Shown piece by piece: positions 59,501-64,000 of a DNA stretch of 64,000 nucleotides. The DNA comes from the human T2T-CHM13v2.0 reference genome, Homo sapiens. The stretch is taken from assembly GCF_009914755.1 (NCBI RefSeq), contig NC_060928.1; one strand, written 5' to 3'. Position numbers and translations under genes: made by a program. Position 1 is the stretch's first letter; each line of letters begins with the position of its first letter. The notes beneath the pieces are model-generated. The model saw only the letters and a program-made list of their open reading frames with translations. It ran no database searches and had not been told where the DNA came from.

Positions 59501-60198
59501 AGTTGGAAGGTAAGGGGCAGAAGAAAGTCAACAAATGTAAAAGCCATGAGACTCAATTTACCTGAAGTAGACTTACTTAAGTATTAAATAGATATCATGA
59601 ATCTCCTCAATTTAAAACCTTATGATTTTTTATTCTGATATAACTTCATAAGACAAGTCAGATCTTAATCCACACCTATCTAATCTAGTTATATGTCTCA
59701 ACACAATACCAAATGTTCAGGGTGAAAGAAAAAAAACAAAAACACAAGACCCAAATAGAGTTTTAAAAGACCCTGAGCTTCATTGCAATTTTTACTCATA
59801 AGGAAAAGCATTTGGATATTTCAGCAGAAATGTACTTTTTCTTTACAAACTGCCCACTACTAAATAGTATTTTTATAGCAAATTCAAATGTGGAACAAGT
59901 ACATAAAAAGAGTTTTCAAAACTAAAATAGATTAAAATAAAGCCTCCTGCATAACTGTTCTACAATGCTAAAAAGAGAATAAATATATTGAACAAATTAA
60001 TTAACCTTAAGTAGCACTTCTCTTCCTGGGATGTAGGTTACAACAAAAAAAAAACCTATGGTCTGAAATCTTTCCGTAACGGGTACCTTCTACAAAGTCT
60101 GAGCAGGGAATACCCATTTAAAGTAACCCATTACAACCTAATTTGTAGCCCAGAACGTGGACAATTCCCTTTTATATATTTTAAACAATTTTCATATT

Positions 60199-60222
60199 TT
60201 GCATCACATAATGTGATGCAAT
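60199..60222. promoter_or_regulatory. Palindrome forming two divergent C/EBP-ATF (CARE/AARE) motifs
   Basis: TTGCATCACAT-A-ATGTGATGCAA. TGATGCAAT on + (60214-60222) and TGATGCAAA on -. Motif match only. Confidence 0.3.
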
Positions 60223-60224
60223 AC

Positions 60225-60315
60225 CTTTACACGGATTTAGTTATCTTTTTAATATCAAGAGTTGGTCTTTCTATGGGCCTTTCAGATTTGTTTTCTACAA
60301 GACTACACTCAACTC
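60225..60315 (-). CDS. Candidate 91-nt last coding exon ((G)VECSLVENKSERPIERPTLDIKKITKSV*) of an unidentified gene
   Basis: ttttaatctctggtag|GAG...GTGTAAAG|gtattg. Open frame to TAA (60229-60227), 2 nt before the donor. Non-repeat sequence. Confidence 0.35.
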
Positions 60316-60382
60316 CTACCAGAGATTAAAATAAGGTTTTCTTTTAGTATGATATAACTCTAAGGTTATGGATAATATATAC

Positions 60383-60442
60383 CGCTTCCATGGACAAATG
60401 GCACTCTGGTTATTGGAAAGAATTGCTCTTCTGAGAGTGTCT
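60383..60442 (-). CDS. Candidate 60-nt phase-1 exon (TLSEEQFFPITRVPFVHGS) of an unidentified gene
   Basis: accttctttctag|AGACAC...GGAAGCG|gtatat. Frame continues into the 91-nt exon across a 67-nt intron. The donor is weak and the intron very short. Confidence 0.35.
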
Positions 60443-62214
60443 CTAGAAAGAAGGTTATATTTTATTATTCTACAAGTTAATCTAACACAAAGGTTGATGC
60501 AAAGTGAGGTACTCTGATATGGTTAAAGGGAATCAAGTGATAAATAGAAGATAATTCACTTCCTTTTCATGTGTACTCTATAGGGTAGTATGATTAATTA
60601 TTTTTCAGGACAACAAAAGGTCTAAATAAAATACAGGTGTATAAAAAGTAGTTTCCAGTGTATTTTCTTTAAAAACCATTATATTTTAAACAAAATACAT
60701 TTTAAAGTATGCAGTCATACTATCTCAAAACATATTCTCCTCATATACACATACTAATCAAATACTTGCTCAAAATTAAAATTTTAGAAAACATTAAACT
60801 CTTATTCATCTGACAAGTATTTATCAGGTGCCCACTATGTTCTGGGCTTTGTGCAAGGAGGTAGTATTATGTTCCTTCCATTAGAGCTTTCTTCTCTCCA
60901 TTAAAATGGCCTCCTAGACTTAATCTCTTAAATGTCCACAATAATTTGTACTTCTAAAAATCTGTGTTTTAATGGAGGAGAAAAAAAACCCTAGCACTAA
61001 AAGTCCTGACAACTTTGACACATTAAATGGAAATCTTAGAATTACTGTAATGGAAGGAAATCATTGAATCCAAAAGCAGCAGGCCTTTAAGAATAAGATG
61101 GAAATTGAGAGATTGCCTTTATTCTTGAAATGGGGTATTTGATTCATTTAAGGAAAATGAATCAAGTAATCAAAAGTACATAAGGCATAATTTTTGAAGG
61201 TTAAGGAAGTTGGATTTTTGCCCACCAAATTAAATCTGACAAATTTGGCCAAAGCAATCCAGTTGAAGCTGCACAGACCTTAGCTGCACAGAGTAGAGTT
61301 ATTCCATTTGGTGAAACTGAAACAACACAGACCATCAATATTGTTTCAACCTATGTTCCATGATGTTCTAAAGTCTGTCAACAGTTGAATGGAGTGGGTT
61401 CTGACTGGGCTCTGACTCTGTGCAATGCTATATTCAACTCTTACAGAGGAAAATAGAGAGGTGGCACTAATATAAAAACAGGTAACTTTTATGTTACTTA
61501 GTTTTCTAAAACAAAGGTAAGCATGATTATGGATTCTTTTCTATAAATTAAATTACACTTTTAAGACCTAAGTATACTTGTTCCATATGAAATATTTCAA
61601 TTTGTGGTAGAATTCACTAATTATCTAGCAGAATTCTATTAGCAAATGTGTTCAGTTAGAAGAAAATTACATGAATCAAACAAATATAAACCCCACAAAG
61701 AGCCCTGGGACCTGTAAATAACAGTAACCAAAGTCAAAATTTAAGACATCTAAACCTTTTCTAGAACCAGAACACTTCTAAAACAATAGGCACTCAATTC
61801 AATTCTAAAGTCTCTTCCTCTCCTTCCTCCCTACTTCCATCACTGTAGAACATCATTATCATCATTATTGCCGAGACTAATGACCACTCTTAGCTCTCTG
61901 CCACAATAAATACCCCAGCTGAAGCAATTTCTCAGACAATAAATCATACACGTGGCTGACTAGAGCCGATTGGTATATACTTATGGGAGTTTATTTCTGG
62001 CCACAGTGAGCTTTTAAGATACCCAAAGATCCCAAAACCTATGCCTAGGTTTCCGATCTAGCCATGACTATCTCAATATAACATAAAATTCCAAAACTGA
62101 ACACTAAATCTCCCCTATAGGCCCTTTCCAACATTTTGAACAATTTCTACCCTTGAATTCATATTTTGCAACTGATGAAGGAAGACATGCATGAAATCAA
62201 CAGTAATACTAGTT

Positions 62215-62469
62215 AGTTGTTTGTTTGTTTGTTTCAGATGATCTCACTCTGTCACCCAAGCTATAGGGGAGTGATCTCAGCTCACTGAAGCCGTGACCTC
62301 CTGGGCTCAAGCAATTCTCCCACCTCACCCTCCGACTAGCTGGGCCTACATGTGTGTGCCACTACATCCAGCTAATTTTTGTATTTTATCTAGAGACAGG
62401 GTTGTGCCATGTTGTCCAGGCTGGTTTGGAATGCCTGAGCTAAAGTGATCTGTTTGCCTCAGCCTCCCA
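62215..62469 (-). mobile_element. 5'-truncated AluJ
   Basis: (TTTG)n tail and J-type CTCCTGGGCTCAAGC. Perfect 13-bp TSD AGTAATACTAGTT (62202-62214 / 62470-62482). Confidence 0.9.
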
Positions 62470-62519
62470 AGTAATACTAGTTTGAAGGCAACAAGTACGT
62501 CAATGCACCAAATACATGC

Positions 62520-63520
62520 AAATGGTAAAGCGGGAGAATTTACCCATTTGCCCAGTCTCATTCAGGGTGGCACCAAAAAAGGAGGCGACACTTAAACTGA
62601 TCATTACAGGATAAGGAAGATCTGAGTAGATGGGGGAAGAGACGAAAATGCTGAAACACATAAACACAAACACACAGCATGTTTAGGTTGCCTAGCATAG
62701 GATCTTCGGAAAGATGCTATTTTTTTTAAAGACACTATAAATTAAGATAACACCAGATCTTAAAGTGCCCTTATGCATAATTAATATATTTAATATGGTG
62801 AAAACGAGAGACATTTAAGTTTCACAGAGGAGTAATAGCTACCATGACTATGTGAAAAAATTCTAAAGAAGAAAATGCATTAGAGATTGGAGTACCAGAT
62901 ATGATAGCAGAAGCTATGGCAATGGCTAAGTAGAAACTGAAAGGTAGAGATGGAAAAATAAACTGTTTTGAAGATATGATTGCTAGAAATTGACAAATGA
63001 AGAAAATGAAATGAGGTCCTACCTATTTGTTTTCTAACCTGGGTTAAAGAAGCCATCAGTTTACACAAGGAACACGGGCTAATTGTAAGGCTGTCTTAAG
63101 AAGGCAGGTCTGGATCTAAACACACTGAATTTTACAGGAAGAAAAAGAAGTTAAAATGTCAACCAAATAGAAAAAGTTCACTATGGTGCTCAGGAGAGCG
63201 GATAGGGCTCGGTTTGTACATTAGGGAATCATGAGCACAAAACTGTTAGCTAAACCTTGGGAGTGGGCAAAATTACCCAAGAAGAAAATGCTGAGTCAAT
63301 AAAAAAGGCCAAGGTCAGAAATTTATTGAATTCATATATTTAGGGAGTGAGCAGATAAAGTGTCAAAAAATAAAACTGACAGAAAAATAAAAAAGAATGT
63401 CAATGGTTCATATCATATACAGCAAATGGAATAAGAGTGTATCAAAGTGGATGGAAAACCATTCTAAAAGGATCGAATGCTGGAAATGGTCATGAATTTG
63501 GCTGACTTTGACAGAGGAAT
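62520..63520 (-). mobile_element. L2 remnant(s)
   Basis: Purine-rich antisense L2-like phrases (CTCAGGAGAGCGGATAGGGCT...GGGAATCATGAGCAC). Boundaries approximate. Confidence 0.5.
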
Positions 63521-64000
63521 TAAAGCAAAGTATGGAAGAGAAAAGTTAATTGCCAGAGGAATGCTGTGAAGAAGGGGGAAAGACATAGGGTGCCCTAAGA
63601 GAGAAGACAAATGATTGGCTAGGACTGTGGAGGAGATAAGAGCAGAGGGCACTGAGGACAGGTTAGTCCAGGAGAGGAGTATGGACGTATCAGTCTCTGA
63701 ATTAGGAGACATATTGCTGACATATGCAGGAGCACATCCTGTTTGACCAATGGGCATTCAGAACCTAAATGGCTCTTTTGGAAAGTAGTGATGGAAAATC
63801 CAGCCTCAAGTCACATATATAATTGAGACTGATGATACTTCCAATTGAGCACTGCAGAATAGAAAACTCCTCTTCTCCCTTTCTAAAGAGCTTATCAAAG
63901 ACACTCTGGGAACCCCAAAACATTGGGCTTCTTATGGGCTATTTTTTATACCTGATTCATAAAACACTTCTACATAAATACACTGTTCCATTGTTCCAAC

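Noticed and set aside
61279-61316. Possible 38-nt minus-strand exon (tgttgtttcag|...AAG|gtctgt)
   Set aside because: Weak donor, and its only open frame ends in phase 0, incompatible with the phase-1 60-nt exon.
63464-63757. 97-aa Ser/Leu-rich minus-strand ORF
   Set aside because: Low-information composition next to L2-like purine-rich sequence, with no recognisable homology.

Overview
AT-rich, CpG-poor great-ape (human-like) genomic DNA made mostly of interspersed repeats. There is no prokaryotic-type system, CRISPR array or intact long cellular ORF. The dominant feature is a full-length but dead L1PA2-type LINE-1 (3298-9333) inserted into an old LTR16-like element. Other repeats include solo LTRs (LTR8, MLT2A1, MLT2A2, THE1D, MLT1-type, MER57, MER34-like), about 12 Alu-family copies, Tigger3a, and L2/MIR/old L1 remnants. 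Repeat subfamily names come from recalled consensus sequences and need a RepeatMasker/Dfam check. Most notable: (1) an AluS-L1PA7/8 chimera with a probable shared TSD; (2) an MLT2A1 LTR inserted inside an AluS; (3) locally copied segments sitting inside TA-rich tracts, one rearranged and one carrying a perfect 39-bp-arm palindrome; (4) weak evidence for the 3' exons of an unidentified minus-strand gene (60.2-60.4 kb and 49.1 kb); (5) a ~20-kb block I recall as resembling the multi-copy human subtelomeric segmental duplication, possibly in its ancestral context. I found no convincing new biological system. The findings are structural and evolutionary oddities.
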